IMG/VR virus record: IMGVR_UViG_3300046786_000272
Span: 14,062 to 78,061 of that record
DNA from: a virus
Lineage: Duplodnaviria > Heunggongvirae > Uroviricota > Caudoviricetes
DNA: 64,000 nucleotides
Strand: one strand, 5' to 3'
A model generated the notes under the pieces. It was not told the DNA's origin. It searched no databases and saw nothing but the letters and a program-made list of their open reading frames with translations. Of the stretch, positions 47,543 through 56,646 are shown in pieces. Position 1 is the first letter of the stretch; each line of letters begins with the position of its first letter. The position numbers were made by a program, and so were the translations under genes.

Positions 47543-49126
47543 ATGTTCAAAAAATATACAAGTTTTTCTAATCTAACTTTACTAGTGGCATTGTCACTAA
47601 GTTCAGTTGCGGCTTACTACAGTATCATAGGTTTAACCGCTATCTTTGCAGGTGCGGTTATTCCTGTCATCATTATGGGTTCTATCCTCGAAGTAGGAAA
47701 GATCACTACTACTGTTTGGCTACGTAAGTATTGGAATCGTGCTGGTTGGGTACTCAAACTTTACCTAGTACCTGCTGTTGTTGCATTGGCACTACTAACC
47801 TCTATGGGTATCTTTGGTTTCTTAAGTAAAGCACACATGGAAACAGGTATCACATCAGGTGATAGCCAATCTAAACTTGCATTGTATGATGAAAAGATTA
47901 AAACGCAACGTGACAATATTGAGTTAGCACGTAAAGCACTAACTCAAATGGATGCACAAGTTGACCAAATGCTAGGTCGTACTGATAGTGACAAGGGAGC
48001 AGAACGTGCTGTTGCCATTCGTAAGCAACAGGCTAAAGAACGTGCATCATTACAAAATGATATCGGTCTAGCTCAAAAAGAAATAGCAAAGTTAAATGAA
48101 GAACGTGCTCCTATCGCCGCAGAGAATCGTAAGATTGAAGCAGAAGTAGGTCCAATCAAGTATATTGCCGCATTGATTTACGGTGATAATGCTGATGCGA
48201 ACATGCTTGAAGCCGCAGTACGTTGGGTTATTATTTTGCTTGTTGTGGTATTTGATCCACTTGCTATCGCACTTGTACTAGCGGCTAACGCAAGCAAAGA
48301 GTGGGACAAAGAAGAACCTGAGGAAGAAAATAAGCCGGATGCTTGGGTTGCTGACGTAGGTGAAAAGCCAACTATAGAAGAAATAGAACCTGACATTGAT
48401 GAAGGCAACAAGCTGATTGATGAGTTGGAAAAAGAAGTACCTGAAGTTATTATACCTGAGGTCATCGTTGAACCCATGAAGTTTAATGATCCGGGTGAGC
48501 ACCCTGATGATTTTGTTGAGTATGAAGAAGTTAAGCCAGAAGTAAAAACAGAAGATTCTGAGATTGAATGCTTAAAATGCGGTACTGTATTAGTTGATAT
48601 CCCTAGAATAGGTTTGTATTGTCCAAACACCGAATGTGGCGTTGAGATTGAATTAGAAGAAGCTGAACCTGAGATTGAACCAGTTGAAGCTGTGCCAGAA
48701 ATCGTTACAGAGAATGTGACTGTTGAAGTTCAGGAAACAAAACCTTTTGAAGAACATGGTGATTATGTCCTCTATGAGGGTAAGCACATGCACCGAGATG
48801 CTCTTAAGAGCATGAAGCCCGAATTGTTTAGACTAACTGCTGATTCTACTACCAGTATCAAGACAAGTTTTGGAACAGATTTTCCCAAAATAGCTACCAA
48901 AGGTGATATTAGGGTCCGTGTAGATGTGCTACCAAACCGTGTATACAAGTTTGACGGTAGAAAATGGATAGAAATCAACAAGGAACAGTCGGATACATAT
49001 TTGTACGACCAAGAATACATCAAGTTTTTAATTGAGCGTATAGAATTGGGCGAATACGATATTGACTTATTATCTGATGCAGAAAAACAACAAGTTGAAG
49101 ATTACTTAAGTAACCAAAAAAGTTGA
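47543..49126 (+). CDS. membrane protein with 3-4 TM helices, coiled-coil, acidic E/P/V-rich repeats and a zinc ribbon
   Basis: TM segments (LLVALSLSSVAAYYSIIGL, VIPVIIMGSIL, LVPAVVALALLTSMGIFGF, VIILLVVVFDPLAIALVLAA); CLKCG..CPNTEC; EAEPEIEPVEAVPEI repeats. Internal Met start chosen. Confidence 0.55.
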   Translation: MFKKYTSFSNLTLLVALSLSSVAAYYSIIGLTAIFAGAVIPVIIMGSILEVGKITTTVWLRKYWNRAGWVLKLYLVPAVVALALLTSMGIFGFLSKAHMETGITSGDSQSKLALYDEKIKTQRDNIELARKALTQMDAQVDQMLGRTDSDKGAERAVAIRKQQAKERASLQNDIGLAQKEIAKLNEERAPIAAENRKIEAEVGPIKYIAALIYGDNADANMLEAAVRWVIILLVVVFDPLAIALVLAANASKEWDKEEPEEENKPDAWVADVGEKPTIEEIEPDIDEGNKLIDELEKEVPEVIIPEVIVEPMKFNDPGEHPDDFVEYEEVKPEVKTEDSEIECLKCGTVLVDIPRIGLYCPNTECGVEIELEEAEPEIEPVEAVPEIVTENVTVEVQETKPFEEHGDYVLYEGKHMHRDALKSMKPELFRLTADSTTSIKTSFGTDFPKIATKGDIRVRVDVLPNRVYKFDGRKWIEINKEQSDTYLYDQEYIKFLIERIELGEYDIDLLSDAEKQQVEDYLSNQKS

Positions 49127-49132
49127 TGTATA

Positions 49133-49157
49133 ATTGATAGTATGTTACACTATCAAT
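49133..49157. promoter_or_regulatory. perfect 9-bp inverted repeat ATTGATAGT-N7-ACTATCAAT in intergenic region
   Basis: Seen directly; overlaps TTGATA / TAATAT promoter-like hexamers upstream of the 49183 gene. Confidence 0.3.
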
Positions 49158-49182
49158 ATCGTTAACTACTAATAGGTTATTT

Positions 49183-49812
49183 ATGAATATCCGTCTCTCT
49201 GTACTCGCATTGTCACTTGTTTTGGGTGCATGTGCTACAAAAACTACCAACGATTCTGAACCAATCAGAAATCAGAAGTTGTCAACTTCTTTTAAAGAAG
49301 ACACCATCCATATTGAAACAGATTGCACTTGGTACAAGCCTTGGAAGAGTGAATGTGAAGTGGTATCTATTACTACAGTAGGTAGTGCTACTACTAACGG
49401 CAACACTGTTAACAATCGCAACACAGCCCTCACTAGAGCTAAGGACAAAGCACTTGCTAACGTTGCTCACTTTATGAGTGAAGAAGTTTCTAGTAATCGT
49501 GTATCTACTACACTGGCTAAGAACGTTGAGAAGGCAAGTGATCGCCTTAAGTCTAGAGCTAAAGAAGGTGAAGTTGTTGAAATGTCTGACAAGGATGCAG
49601 AAAAAGACACTAACTTTACTGTGCGTGAAAATAGCAATGACACTGCATTTAGTCTTGCTGAAAACATTCGTGTGAATGCACGTGCAAGACTGCGTGGATT
49701 TATCCCTGTTAAACAAGAAGTATCCGGGCCTCAAGAAGTTACAGTAACTATGCGTTGGACTAAAGATAGCGACAATACAGCTAGCCAACTCCGCAAACGT
49801 TTCGGTAACTAA
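49183..49812 (+). CDS. lipoprotein (209 aa)
   Basis: MNIRLSVLALSLVLGACATKT lipobox (LGA|C). Confidence 0.6.
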   Translation: MNIRLSVLALSLVLGACATKTTNDSEPIRNQKLSTSFKEDTIHIETDCTWYKPWKSECEVVSITTVGSATTNGNTVNNRNTALTRAKDKALANVAHFMSEEVSSNRVSTTLAKNVEKASDRLKSRAKEGEVVEMSDKDAEKDTNFTVRENSNDTAFSLAENIRVNARARLRGFIPVKQEVSGPQEVTVTMRWTKDSDNTASQLRKRFGN

Positions 49813-49813
49813 T

Positions 49814-50791
49814 ATGCTCAAACTACTTTTTGTAGTAGTATCTTTATTCATATCTAACGCCTTCGCCAATGATTACATCCGTGTAGTCGGTGAGGGCGCT
49901 ACACTTGAATCTGCTAAAGAAAACGGCTTTCGTGAAGCTGTGCAAATTCGTGCCGGCACTATTGTGCTTAGTGAAAGAGAAAGTACATTACAGCGATTAG
50001 AACGTGATGATATCAACGTCTATAGTGCTGGTTATGTACGAGACTATAAAATCAATAACGTTAATACATTCAATGGCAAATACAGTGTAACTATGGATGT
50101 GTTAATTGCTGATAGCAGACTGTTTAATCAATTGCTATCTACCGGCAAGTCTACTACTGAAATAGACGGGGCAGTTGCAGGTACAAGTTATAAGTCTTTC
50201 ATCAATCAACGAAACAAAGGTGATGTTGTTTTGAGTAGAGTATTAGCTACATATCCGCAACATGCATTCAACATTAAACAAGAAGCACCTAGCATAACAA
50301 CCGATCAATATCGCAATACATTGTTACGAGTTCCTTATCAACTTAGTTGGAACTATGATTACGTGGTAGCATTCAGTGAAGCCATGAAGATGTTTGATGA
50401 TAATAGGTTTGGTAGATTTACTCCTGCTCCCAGTAACGTAGTTGTTATGGGAAAAAATCCTAGTAATTTCCTCATAGGATCTAGCACTCAGTATAGATTT
50501 AATGATATAATCATGCTTGACAGAATTAAAGATTCAGTCACAGGATCAAGAGAAGTTAGACTAATGCTATCTCTACGTGATGACGCCAATAAAGTGATGC
50601 TTAAAACATGTTCTGCTCCGATGTTAGTTAACGGCGGACCTAGTTTTTATAGCATCGGTGATCCTAAGTACTTTGTTATTTATGGTAATACTACTGAACA
50701 AGGTGTATTCCAAACAAATCTCAAAGATCGTACCGTGATAGACCGAGCTAGAACCGTTGAGTTGTCTGTTGTAGCAGAAGCAAATTGTTAA
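49814..50791 (+). CDS. secreted protein with signal peptide (325 aa)
   Basis: MLKLLFVVVSLFISNAFA|ND signal peptide. Confidence 0.55.
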   Translation: MLKLLFVVVSLFISNAFANDYIRVVGEGATLESAKENGFREAVQIRAGTIVLSERESTLQRLERDDINVYSAGYVRDYKINNVNTFNGKYSVTMDVLIADSRLFNQLLSTGKSTTEIDGAVAGTSYKSFINQRNKGDVVLSRVLATYPQHAFNIKQEAPSITTDQYRNTLLRVPYQLSWNYDYVVAFSEAMKMFDDNRFGRFTPAPSNVVVMGKNPSNFLIGSSTQYRFNDIIMLDRIKDSVTGSREVRLMLSLRDDANKVMLKTCSAPMLVNGGPSFYSIGDPKYFVIYGNTTEQGVFQTNLKDRTVIDRARTVELSVVAEANC

Positions 50792-50827
50792 AAATACTGC
50801 AGGAAAAATAAAAAGATAAATTATAAT

Positions 50828-52024
50828 ATGTCAAATGAAAATAAACTAAACCATTGTTCCTTTTGTGGTAACCACAAAGATATAGTAAAGAAACTTATCG
50901 TAAGTGATAACGTTGCTATTTGCAGTGACTGCATTGAACAATGCACTCAACTTATAACTGATGACAGTTCTGTAGTAGAGTCAGAAGGACCCAAACAAAA
51001 CTACGATCCATCTGATATCAAGAACTTCTTAGACTTGCACATCATTGGTCAAGACCATGCTAAAATGGTTCTTAGCGTAGCAATCGCTAATCATTATAAA
51101 CGAATCACACATCCCCCTAAAGATTTAGAAATTCAAAAGGGTAATGTATTGTTGATTGGGCCTACTGGTAGCGGTAAGACATTGCTTGCTAAAACAGTAG
51201 CAAAGTACCTTAACGTTCCTTTCGTAGTAGCTGATGCAACTAGCTTGACAGAAGCAGGTTACGTAGGTGATGACGTTGAATCTATGATTAGTATGCTTCT
51301 CACTAACGCCGGCGGTGATGCTAAACTAGCAGAAAAAGGTATTGTTTTCATTGATGAAGTTGATAAGATTGCACGTAAAGGTGAATCCGCAAGCTTGACA
51401 CGTGATGTATCAGGTGAAGGTGTTCAACAAGCATTGTTGAAATTAGTTGAGGGCACGGTATGTCGTGTGCCAGCAGGTGGTGGCAGAAAGCATCCATCAG
51501 GTGAAATGATTGAAATCAACACAAAAAATATCTTATTCATTGCAGGTGGTGCATTTGTTGGCTTGAAAGATATTATCTCTAGTAGACATTCAGGATCTAG
51601 TATTGGATTTGGTGCAGAGATTAAAGACAAGAAAAAAGAAGGTGACTTGGGTCTAGTATCACCTGATGACCTCACTAAGTTTGGTATGATTCCTGAATTG
51701 ATCGGTCGTTTTACTACTGCGGTTAGTGTAGCAAACTTGACCAAAGAAGAACTTATCAAGGTACTTACTTCTGTTAAAAATAATTATATTGACCAATATA
51801 AGTATTTGTTTAGTATCGACCAGATTGATTTGCAATTCAGCGATGATGCATTAGAACAAATGGTTGACAACTGTATGAAGTTGAATACTGGTGCTCGTGG
51901 ACTTCATACTGAGATTGAACGTGCTTTGATGCCGCACATGTACAATACTAAGAAGTATCGTGAAAGCGAAATCAAAGTGGTAAATATTACACAAGCGGGT
52001 GTAGTAGAACCAAAAGCACTGTAA
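50828..52024 (+). CDS. clpX: ATP-dependent Clp protease ATP-binding subunit ClpX
   Basis: N-terminal C4 zinc finger CSFCGNHKD..CSDCIEQC; Walker A GPTGSGKTLLAKTVA; ClpX-like throughout. Confidence 0.9.
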   Translation: MSNENKLNHCSFCGNHKDIVKKLIVSDNVAICSDCIEQCTQLITDDSSVVESEGPKQNYDPSDIKNFLDLHIIGQDHAKMVLSVAIANHYKRITHPPKDLEIQKGNVLLIGPTGSGKTLLAKTVAKYLNVPFVVADATSLTEAGYVGDDVESMISMLLTNAGGDAKLAEKGIVFIDEVDKIARKGESASLTRDVSGEGVQQALLKLVEGTVCRVPAGGGRKHPSGEMIEINTKNILFIAGGAFVGLKDIISSRHSGSSIGFGAEIKDKKKEGDLGLVSPDDLTKFGMIPELIGRFTTAVSVANLTKEELIKVLTSVKNNYIDQYKYLFSIDQIDLQFSDDALEQMVDNCMKLNTGARGLHTEIERALMPHMYNTKKYRESEIKVVNITQAGVVEPKAL

Positions 52025-52125
52025 CCTAAATACTAGAATTTTTTGCGTATTTTTAGTATAATAAATACGTATGTAGATGCCGATGGTCGGGTCTACTAAG
52101 TCATCTTGCTTAATAGGAGAAAAAT

Positions 52126-52569
52126 ATGACAAATCAACTAACCCTTCGTTCCTTAGACATTCCGTCTATTCACAAATTTGCAGTAGGTTTTGACAATCTA
52201 TTTGATGAAATGTTGCGTATCAATGCACAACAAGGCTCTACTAACTATCCACCATTCAACATTGTTCAAATCAATGAAGATGAGTATCAGATTAGTTTAG
52301 CAGTCGCTGGATTCGGGCCTGACAATATTGATGTTACTAAAGAAGGTAACTATCTTGTTATTGAAGGTACACCTGTATTGCCACTAGACGAAATCAATTA
52401 CCTACACAAAGGAATCAGCACACGTAGTTTCCGTCGTGAGTTCAAACTTGCTGACCATGTGGATATTGAGAATTGTAATCTTGAATTGGGTATCCTCTCA
52501 ATTAATTTAAAGAGAACAATTCCTGAAGAACAGAAGCCCAAGAAAATTGCAATTAACTACAATAAATAA
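52126..52569 (+). CDS. Small heat-shock protein (Hsp20/IbpA-like, alpha-crystallin domain)
   Basis: 147 aa; YQISLAVAGFGPDNIDV...GILSINLKR pattern typical of Hsp20. Confidence 0.65.
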   Translation: MTNQLTLRSLDIPSIHKFAVGFDNLFDEMLRINAQQGSTNYPPFNIVQINEDEYQISLAVAGFGPDNIDVTKEGNYLVIEGTPVLPLDEINYLHKGISTRSFRREFKLADHVDIENCNLELGILSINLKRTIPEEQKPKKIAINYNK

Positions 52570-52594
52570 TATAATGTAGTTTGAAGGAAACACT

Positions 52595-52900
52595 ATGTCA
52601 AAAACAGAAACTAAACTTAAAATCAAGCCAATCACAACACTTGCTGAACCACCATTGTTTAAGATTATCTACTTCAACGATGATGTGACTAGCGTGGAAT
52701 TCGTGGTAACTTCGTTGATTGATTACTTTAATTATACGAATGATACTGCGGCTGATATCACTAACAGCATCCATAATACTGGTAGTGCAGTTGTTGCTGT
52801 TTTGCCATACGAAATAGCAGAGCAAAAAGGAATTGAGGTTACACTTGACGCACGTAGTCAGGGATTCCCGCTACAAGTTAAGGTAGAAGCAGAAGCTTAA
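52595..52900 (+). CDS. clpS: ATP-dependent Clp protease adaptor ClpS
   Basis: PPLFKIIYFNDDVTSVEFVVTSLIDYF aligns with ClpS PxxYKVxLxNDDYTPMEFV. Confidence 0.8.
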   Translation: MSKTETKLKIKPITTLAEPPLFKIIYFNDDVTSVEFVVTSLIDYFNYTNDTAADITNSIHNTGSAVVAVLPYEIAEQKGIEVTLDARSQGFPLQVKVEAEA

Positions 52901-53640
52901 ATCTTTATTTCTATTCTCTTAGCCCAATAGGGCTTTCTCTTGTAATAAGAGTTGTTCAAGTAGTTGATGCCATTGATAACGGTGTCAACTACTTTTCCAT
53001 ATGTTCCATATACCCAATGTGATACTTTCTTTTCAGTATCACTAGTTAATATCAAGTCCAATGAGAGTTGTGAGTCTATTGCGCTAGGCTCTTCACCAAA
53101 ATATAAGTCTACACCAGGCACTGAGTGTGAGACTATCAATATCTTTTTAACGTCCAAGTGTCTTTGGAGTCGTTCTATAGTAGACTTCAAATAATACAAA
53201 TCCTCGTATCTTTGATTGTCAATAGCTATTTCTGTTTTCATGTCCGAGGTAGCTATTTCCCCGTACCATCCATTTGCGCCAACGATTGCGATTCCATCAA
53301 CTATAACTACATGATGATGTAGCATCACTACCTTCTGTAGATTTTTACTGATTCTAAAAATGTCATCAGTGCGTTGATTTATATCAGTGGCGCCCTCGTA
53401 TTCTAGGGTTCCTATAGTGTAAAATACACCTTGATAAAACCTAGATAAATGCGCTAAGGTCTGGTGTATAGTCCTTAGGTCGTTACTGATATTACCAGCA
53501 ACTATGCAATACAAGCTTGTAGCCTTCCCCTCCCAGTTAAACGAGTCTTCCGGTGATAGGTTTAGGTCACTTATTATGTCAAAACCAATAGTCATAAAGG
53601 CATGATAACAGGTTTCCCTGTTATCATGATTACTTAGCAA
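52897..53640 (-). CDS. hypothetical protein (247 aa); degenerate metallophosphoesterase-like motifs
   Basis: IISDLNL (DxH-like, H replaced by N) and VAGNIS; weak. Confidence 0.4.
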   Translation of the reverse strand: MLSNHDNRETCYHAFMTIGFDIISDLNLSPEDSFNWEGKATSLYCIVAGNISNDLRTIHQTLAHLSRFYQGVFYTIGTLEYEGATDINQRTDDIFRISKNLQKVVMLHHHVVIVDGIAIVGANGWYGEIATSDMKTEIAIDNQRYEDLYYLKSTIERLQRHLDVKKILIVSHSVPGVDLYFGEEPSAIDSQLSLDLILTSDTEKKVSHWVYGTYGKVVDTVINGINYLNNSYYKRKPYWAKRIEIKI

Positions 53641-53902
53641 CAGTCATTTTTGGCTTTTTTGCTGTCCTAGCTTTTGGCTTTGCGGGCGCTTTCGCTTTGG
53701 CAGGTGCCTTAGCTTTTGGCTCAGCTTTCTTTTTAGTAGCAGTTATTGCAGGGGTAGCTGGTGTAGCTTCCACAACAGGTGCTTCTACCTTTACAGCTGG
53801 TGCTGCCTCTACTACAGGGGCTACTTCTACCTTATAAGGTACTTCGGCTACTGTCTCTTGTTTTGTGGATAATCCCAACAAACGCTTAAAAAAGTCTAAC
53901 AT
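53630..53902 (-). CDS. Ala/Pro/Lys-rich low-complexity histone-H1/AlgP-like protein (90 aa)
   Basis: AAPAVKVEAPVVEATPATPA...KAKAPAKAKAPAKPKARTAKKPKMTVAK. Confidence 0.5.
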   Translation of the reverse strand: MLDFFKRLLGLSTKQETVAEVPYKVEVAPVVEAAPAVKVEAPVVEATPATPAITATKKKAEPKAKAPAKAKAPAKPKARTAKKPKMTVAK

Positions 53903-53983
53903 TTTTATCTCCTAAACATATATTTACTCTAGGGCTAAAACATAGCATTTTTTCTGCAATGCGCCCACTTAAATACATTTATT

Positions 53984-54475
53984 ATGTTCCTAAGAAATAA
54001 CCTCAAAGACTTGATGCAGGAAGAGCTACCTAGTATAGCCTACCAAAAACGTCTGTATTATAGGACAGATTATGATGAAGTAGTCAAGCTTTATCGTATG
54101 CTAAACAAGCAAGTATTCAACAATAAATTGATTATGCCCGAGATTGAGGTTATGGGACGTTGCAGAAAGTACTGGGGCATGTGCTACGGCTCAACAACAA
54201 TGCCCACAAAAACTAAGAGTTTTTGCAAGATACGTATGATGGATAAGTGGTATTGCAAACAATGGCTTATCACAGTATTAGCACATGAAATGTGCCATCA
54301 ATATCAGTGGGATGTTGAGGGATTGAAAAGACTATATCAAGGGAAAGAACCGATAATGAGTCATGGACCTAGTTTCTTTATCTTTAGGGATAAATTAAAG
54401 AAACTAGGTATTCCTTTAAAGAGCGCACATAGCAAGCGCAAATGGTTTAAACATCAAAATCTATTTAAGTGCTAA
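53984..54475 (+). CDS. SprT-like zinc metalloprotease domain protein
   Basis: VLAHEMCHQYQWD (HExxH) in SprT-like context. Confidence 0.55.
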   Translation: MFLRNNLKDLMQEELPSIAYQKRLYYRTDYDEVVKLYRMLNKQVFNNKLIMPEIEVMGRCRKYWGMCYGSTTMPTKTKSFCKIRMMDKWYCKQWLITVLAHEMCHQYQWDVEGLKRLYQGKEPIMSHGPSFFIFRDKLKKLGIPLKSAHSKRKWFKHQNLFKC

Positions 54476-54493
54476 AACGCATAAATACACATT

Positions 54494-55993
54494 ATGCGTG
54501 AATATCTAGACCTAATCCAAATCCTTTCAGAAGCCCCAGTTGGCTTAAGTGCCAACGAAATCAAAAAATATGACTGGCGCTTTAAAAAATTCATTGAATA
54601 CATTACTCAAAAAAAGCCCTTTACAAAAATTGATGGTAGTGAAGTTATCGCTGACCCTAGAGAAGCAAGACGTTTCCAACAACTGTTTAATAATGGACAG
54701 TTTGGTGGTGCATTAAAGATTCGTTTAAGTGATGGTGACGAGATAGCATTAAGTCAATTGGCTAAGACAGGTGACTTTGGTGGCGCCGCAGTAGCCGCAG
54801 GACAGGATGCTAGTCAAGCAGGTAAAGAAGGATTAGTAGTTAAACCTAGTCAAATTGGTATCTGTGATAAGAATATCCCGGCAGAAGATTTGTATGAAGT
54901 TATTGAATCTAACGCCGCATTAGCTAGTACAGACTATGGACAAGTTGTTCAACTATTAGCTACTATGATTGTTTCAGGTGATGCAGTGATGTTGCCGCCC
55001 GAGTATCAAGGAAAAGAAAAAGAAAAAGTTCGCAAAGCTATCGTTGACTACGCAGGCGAATACTTAGGTGTACTAGCACTAATTTACAATCGTAGTCGTT
55101 TCCCTAGAAAAGCAGAATTTCAAAAGTGGATGGGGGCAGATACTAATCAGTTAACAGTTAACTTCCCCTTGAAGGCTAATACTAACTTAGCAGATAGTTA
55201 CGCTACTGTTACTAACAGTGCAACTAATCACACACTAAACATCTCTAGTAAAGGCACAGGTGGTGGAGCCGCTCCTGCTATCTCAGGATTAAAAGTTCCT
55301 GACTATATCAGAAATGATCCTAACTATGAAAATGCTATTCAGTTCATTGATATTTGTCAGAAATTAGGAACTGTTCCTCAAGCGTTCGCGGCTATGGATT
55401 TGATTTTTCAAGTTAATCCAAACGCAATAAACAAGAAATGGCACAAGTTCTTACCTTTCTCACAGAAGAACCCTAAATTAGCTACACTAGCTAAACAAAG
55501 TTTAGACTTGAAAAAGCAACGTGTTGACCAACCACTTCCAGCAAAGTATCAGTCTTTGTTCAACGATATCAATTCTCCTAGCGCCAGCGACGGTGGTAAA
55601 TTAATTTATTGTATTAAACGTGAAGTAGCAGATGCTATGAACAGTCGTGATGCTATCCCTGAGTTTAAAGATGCCATCATTCAGATTTTGGAAATGAACT
55701 TTATTCAACAGTATTGTGATTATAAGAGTGGTCAACTAATGTTCGCTACGCAATGGCCTGCAAAGCTTGATGGTAAGATTAGTGTTGAAAACAAGTCTAG
55801 TGCTATTGACCCAACAGCAGGTGGTTTCAGCTTTAAACTTGGCCGCACTGACGATTCAGTAAGCGCAGAGCCCGGAGAAGAGCCAGTAGACGGATTAGAA
55901 AACGAACCCGATCTAGCGACTGCATCTAAAGAGATTGCAGAACCTACGAAGACTAAAGAAAAAGAAACTGGTCAACGTAAAAAGAGAAAATAA
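54494..55993 (+). CDS. hypothetical protein (499 aa) with basic C-terminal tail
   Basis: Long ORF; C-terminal KTKEKETGQRKKRK. Confidence 0.55.
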   Translation: MREYLDLIQILSEAPVGLSANEIKKYDWRFKKFIEYITQKKPFTKIDGSEVIADPREARRFQQLFNNGQFGGALKIRLSDGDEIALSQLAKTGDFGGAAVAAGQDASQAGKEGLVVKPSQIGICDKNIPAEDLYEVIESNAALASTDYGQVVQLLATMIVSGDAVMLPPEYQGKEKEKVRKAIVDYAGEYLGVLALIYNRSRFPRKAEFQKWMGADTNQLTVNFPLKANTNLADSYATVTNSATNHTLNISSKGTGGGAAPAISGLKVPDYIRNDPNYENAIQFIDICQKLGTVPQAFAAMDLIFQVNPNAINKKWHKFLPFSQKNPKLATLAKQSLDLKKQRVDQPLPAKYQSLFNDINSPSASDGGKLIYCIKREVADAMNSRDAIPEFKDAIIQILEMNFIQQYCDYKSGQLMFATQWPAKLDGKISVENKSSAIDPTAGGFSFKLGRTDDSVSAEPGEEPVDGLENEPDLATASKEIAEPTKTKEKETGQRKKRK

Positions 55994-55995
55994 GT

Positions 55996-56035
55996 ATCCA
56001 TAATAGTTGATTTTGTATTGTTATGGATGTACAAT
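55996..56035 (+). promoter_or_regulatory. promoter TTGATT-17-TACAAT for clpP, with 8-bp inverted repeat ATCCATAA..TTATGGAT flanking the -35
   Basis: TTGATT 56007-12, TACAAT 56030-35; IR arms at 55996-56003 and 56021-56028. Confidence 0.45.
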
Positions 56036-56058
56036 ACAGTTTTAACTAAAGGATCCTT

Positions 56059-56646
56059 ATGAGTCTAGTACCAATCGTTGTAGAACAAACCGCTAAAGGC
56101 GAACGCAGTTATGACATTTACAGTCGTCTACTGCGTGACCGAGTCATTTTGCTTGAGGGTGAAGTTCACGACCAAATGGCAAACTTGATTGTTGCCCAAT
56201 TGTTATTCCTTGAATCAGAGGATGCAGACAAAGATATTTCAATGTACATTAATAGCCCAGGTGGTAGTGTTACTGCAGGTATGGCAATCTATGATACAAT
56301 GCAATTCATCAAACCAAACGTTCATACTATCGTAATGGGACAAGCATGTTCAATGGGTTCACTACTTGCACAAGCAGGTGCTCCAGGTAAACGTTTTATG
56401 TTGCCTAACGCACGACACATGATTCATCAACCAAGTGGTGGCGCACGTGGTATGCAATCTGACATTGAAATCAGTTATCGAGAAATCACATTCTTGAAAA
56501 AACGACTGACTGAAATCTATGTTAAGCACAACAGTGCAGGAAAAACATACGAAGATTTTGAACGTGATATGGATCGTGACAAATTCATGAGTGCTGAAGA
56601 GGCATTGGCATACGGCTTGATTGACAAGATCGTTGAAAAACGTTAA
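56059..56646 (+). CDS. clpP: ATP-dependent Clp protease proteolytic subunit ClpP
   Basis: [24 protein letters not shown]...[10 protein letters not shown]...MIHQPSGG: near-canonical bacterial ClpP with Ser/His/Asp triad context. Confidence 0.9.
   Translation: MSLVPIVVEQTAKGERSYDIYSRLLRDRVILLEGEVHDQMANLIVAQLLFLESEDADKDISMYINSPGGSVTAGMAIYDTMQFIKPNVHTIVMGQACSMGSLLAQAGAPGKRFMLPNARHMIHQPSGGARGMQSDIEISYREITFLKKRLTEIYVKHNSAGKTYEDFERDMDRDKFMSAEEALAYGLIDKIVEKR

Noticed and set aside
48178-48630. Minus-strand 150-aa Ser/Thr-rich ORF inside the 47543..49126 gene
   Set aside because: It is the antisense of the GAA/GAG-rich acidic repeat region, so it is a shadow ORF.
56059-56646. ClpP as a prohead (capsid maturation) protease
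   Set aside because: No portal, scaffold or capsid genes adjoin it. It is bracketed by clpX, clpS and hsp20, and is near-identical in motif content to bacterial ClpP. It is more likely a bona fide ClpXP protease than a prohead protease, though this cannot be excluded without the rest of the genome.
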